Source: a virus
Lineage: Duplodnaviria > Caudoviricetes
DNA: 56,006 nucleotides
Virus record (IMG/VR): IMGVR_UViG_3300032248_000182
Location: 1 to 56,006 of that record
Reading direction: 5' to 3' (one strand)
This document shows positions 54,101 through 56,006 of this stretch, piece by piece. Made by a program: the position numbers and the translations under genes. Within the stretch, counting starts at the first letter, position 1. Each line of letters begins with the position of its first letter. The notes beneath the pieces are model-generated. The model was not told the DNA's origin. It ran no database searches and saw only the letters and a program-made list of their open reading frames with translations.

Positions 54101-56006
54101 CAACCCCCGTATTAGAATATACGTTAATCCCACCATTGGATGTTACTGTTGAGTTACCTATTAATAACGCATTAGGAGTTAACTGAATGTTAGCACCAAC
54201 GTTAACATTACCAGTTGCATATACAGTACCAGTGTTTACTGTACCAGTAGTTACAAAGTTAGCAGCATTTACTAATCCAGTAGCATATACGGTAGCGCTA
54301 TTAACTGTACCAGTAGTTACAAAGTTAGCAGCATTTACTAATCCAGTAGCATAAACCGTTCCAGTATTAACAGCGCCTGTTGTTACAAAGTTAGCAGCAT
54401 TCACTAATCCAGTAGCATATAAAGTAGCAGTATTAACTGTTCCGGATATTACGGTGTTTGCATTTACGTTTACGTTAACAACACCACTAGCTATTATAGA
54501 TACAGCGCCTGCGTTGACTACAAATGCACCGCCAACTCCGTAAGGAGCAAGATAGCTTTCTAGAATACCAGTTGTTATAACACCACCAACTGTGGTTGAC
54601 GTGTTAGGATTAACTGTTGTGGAAAGAGCTTTAAAGTAAGGGACTGTTGCAGAAGAATTTGCCGCAAGTCTAAACACACCGGAGTAGTTAATAGTAGAAG
54701 ATGAGTTAGCGGGTGCGTACCATCCAGTGTCTACAAGGTCAGAGGTCGCAAGATTGTTATTTGATGCAACCTCAATGATATTATCTGTAACTACTAACGA
54801 CGTGGTATTAATGCTTGTAACAGAACCAGAAACAGTTAAGTTACCAGATGCTACGATATCTCTTACTCTTAGAACAGCAGATGTGGCGTCAACGTTTGCG
54901 CCTGTGATTGTAACGTTAGAAGAGATAGCAGTGTTAGTGCCATTGAATACAAGATTAGACTGTGATATAGTCGTAGCGACGCTGGTATTACCTACGCTAA
55001 TTGCTGAATTAGTTATTAGAGCACCTATTGTAGTAGCACTTATCGTACCTATAATAACATTACCAGTATTTGCAGCTATAAGAGATGTAGCGTATACGTT
55101 TGTCGTCATTACGTTCGCTGGATTTAACTGCGTGTTAATGCTAGTATTTCCGAGCGTAAGGTTATTATTGGTTAAGGATACTCCATTAGAGGTTGCGCTG
55201 ATAGTGCTTAGAGAAACTGTTCCGTTGGTATTAAGGGTAAGCGTATTAGCAAAAATGTTAATCGTCGTTACGTTGGCGGATGCGTTTACTGCAGTAGCCC
55301 AAACGTTTGTAGCATAAACCGTATTAGTAAATACGTTAGCGGTCGCATTTACTGTCGTAGCAATAACGTTACCAGTATGAACGCCAGTGGTGTTGCCGGT
55401 AACAATACCTGTTAGGTTTGCTGTAACCGTTGTTGTGCTAATACCCGTAGCTGTAATAGATGAGTTAGTTACGGTATTACCAACGCTAATTGCTGAATTA
55501 GTTATTAGAGCGCCGCTAGTAGTAGCACTAAGCGTACCTACAATAACATTACCGGTATTAGCAGCTATAAAAGAGGTAGCATATGCGTTTACCGAAACAA
55601 CATTACCTGTCGTTGCAAAGTTAGCAGCATTAACAAGACCAGTAGCATATACGGTGCCGGTGTTTACTGTACCAGTAGTTACAAAGTTCTGTGCATTCAC
55701 AAGACCAGTAGCATATAAAGTAGCAGTATTAACTGTACCAGTAGTTACAAAGTTAGCCGCATTTACCAGACCTGTAGCGTAGACGGTAGCCGTATTAACC
55801 GTACCCGTCGTTACGAAGTTAGCCGCATTAACAAGACCTGTATGATAAGCACCGAGCGTGTTAGCGATGAAACTAGTGCCAACCGTCAATAGTGCAGAGT
55901 TAACGCTTGTAGAAAGGTTAGCGGTAGATGCTATAACGTTTCCGTAAACGGTTGTTGTGCTAATACTGGCAGCATTAATCGTAGTTGTGCCGGTAGTATT
56001 AGCGAC
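51123..56006 (-). CDS. Very long tail fibre with 22-aa repeats, an inserted 7-bladed beta-propeller and a C-terminal fibre domain; 5' end lies beyond the window
   Basis: Frame is open from 56006 (VANTTGTTT...); seven D(P/S)TGRF(V/I)Y blades; NGYSRLPNGLLMQWG C-terminal domain. Confidence 0.8.
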   Translation of the reverse strand, partial: VANTTGTTTINAASISTTTVYGNVIASTANLSTSVNSALLTVGTSFIANTLGAYHTGLVNAANFVTTGTVNTATVYATGLVNAANFVTTGTVNTATLYATGLVNAQNFVTTGTVNTGTVYATGLVNAANFATTGNVVSVNAYATSFIAANTGNVIVGTLSATTSGALITNSAISVGNTVTNSSITATGISTTTVTANLTGIVTGNTTGVHTGNVIATTVNATANVFTNTVYATNVWATAVNASANVTTINIFANTLTLNTNGTVSLSTISATSNGVSLTNNNLTLGNTSINTQLNPANVMTTNVYATSLIAANTGNVIIGTISATTIGALITNSAISVGNTSVATTISQSNLVFNGTNTAISSNVTITGANVDATSAVLRVRDIVASGNLTVSGSVTSINTTSLVVTDNIIEVASNNNLATSDLVDTGWYAPANSSSTINYSGVFRLAANSSATVPYFKALSTTVNPNTSTTVGGVITTGILESYLAPYGVGGAFVVNAGAVSIIASGVVNVNVNANTVISGTVNTATLYATGLVNAANFVTTGAVNTGTVYATGLVNAANFVTTGTVNSATVYATGLVNAANFVTTGTVNTGTVYATGNVNVGANIQLTPNALLIGNSTVTSNGGINVYSNTGVVSIVVANGTSSTTNTSIFANGITTTGSVNAAAVYSTGLVNAANFVTTGTVNTGTLNSTGLANVNSINVTANAWVGNNLTVVGNLYVTGTTVSSGTTVGTGNYIPSTNVTYTLGNTVNYWNTIYTGNVVTVNVYATTVNATSFLTTGTVNTGTVYATGLVNAANFVTTGTVNSATVYATGLVNAANFVTTGTVNTATVYATGLVNAANFVTTGTVNTATLYATTSANVGANVQLTTSALTVGGGLLTNAPQVTVANSTGSSVVNATTISTTTFYGNVIGSTANLSTSVNSALLTVGTSFIANTLGAYHTGLVNAASHTVGTSFIANTLGAYHTGTVNAASHTTTTTVSNTSGFFPTTNTLSLGNSTGLWIISANSITVTGGNLNTAAIYATGLVNAANFVTTGTVNSATVYATGLVNAANFVTTGTVNTGTVYATGLVNAANFVTTGTVNTGTVYATGLVNAANFVTTGTVNTATAFATTGFISNNFVKALKVVAPTPIINKGTGVLTSLAAAIAAATTPLGIAADPTGRFVYAVNQTFSGSVSQYSINQSTGALTALSPATVATGATPGYIAVDPTGRFVYVTNGGDNTLSMFSIDQSTGVLTSITTAIATSTSPRGVAVDPTGRFVYVCNASVLNVSMYSINQSTGALTALSPATVTVGSSPRYIAADPTGRFIYVTNNIAGTLSMLSINQSTGVLTSIASAISTGVSPNGVAVDPTGRFVYVANSTDNNISVYSIDQNTGNLTSLGTFSVGNSPREITVDPTGRFVYVTNNTDQTVSILSINQSTGLLSSITTAIATGIGPVGITSDSTGRFVYVTNQSATTISQYLINNLSAGSVTIAGLLGVSNSSSTANLSPSTLTIGATTVNNSLINAAAINITGQVNTATFYAATSANVGSNTLTLGTSSISANGYSRLPNGLLMQWGNFLANSTTASVNFPTTFTALYSAQVSAVNSTYSSTFSAQITAISTSAITVKTANATNTLLYWSAIGT
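53167..55922. repeat. Identical 95-nt direct repeat (53167-53261 and 55828-55922), plus many 66-nt tandem units
   Basis: ttaacaagacctgtatgataagc...gaaaggttagc matched by eye in both places. Confidence 0.85.

Noticed and set aside
1163-55782. Numerous 60-200 aa plus-strand and alternate-frame ORFs overlapping core genes (e.g. 41145-41699, 54727-55317, 26846-27250)
   Set aside because: Shadow ORFs of long, codon-biased genes, with no recognisable motifs.
48307-56006. Tandem 66-nt repeats considered as a CRISPR array or a DGR template/variable repeat pair
   Set aside because: The repeats are in-frame coding units with mostly synonymous variation, no unique spacers and no adenine-specific mismatch pattern; no cas or reverse transcriptase gene is in the window.
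1-56006. tRNA/rRNA genes and alternative genetic code
   Set aside because: Intergenic gaps are short with no cloverleaf seen; all three stop codons end conserved genes at expected positions.

Overview
This 56 kb window is the core of a large T4-like myophage genome (gene order of the cyanophage/alphaproteobacterial-phage type), almost all on the minus strand. It holds a replication/recombination module (gp41 partial, uvsX, gp43, regA, gp62/44/45, gp46/47, gp55, uvsW/Y) and a virion module (gp3, gp23/22/21/67/20/19/18/17/16/15/14/13). About 17 kb of repeat-rich tail-fibre/adhesin genes follow. The most notable accessory locus lies between gp46 and gp45: a tightly coupled TET/JBP dioxygenase, PLP enzyme, amino-acid:DNA transferase-like protein, P-loop kinase, DUF3310-like protein and glycosyltransferase, with FkbM methyltransferase, MazG-like and deformylase genes upstream. 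It looks like a fully post-replicative DNA hypermodification pathway. Other oddities: a recoded duplicate of the gp47 start around a ~100 nt insert plus a +1 frameshift at TTT-CGG, a ROSE-like thermometer before the phage hsp20, a late-promoter nucleotidyltransferase with a possible capsid-targeting N-terminus, a core protein with many putative protease sites, and Asn-X-Ser/Thr-rich virion proteins. All family calls come from motif recognition and synteny by eye; no searches were run.
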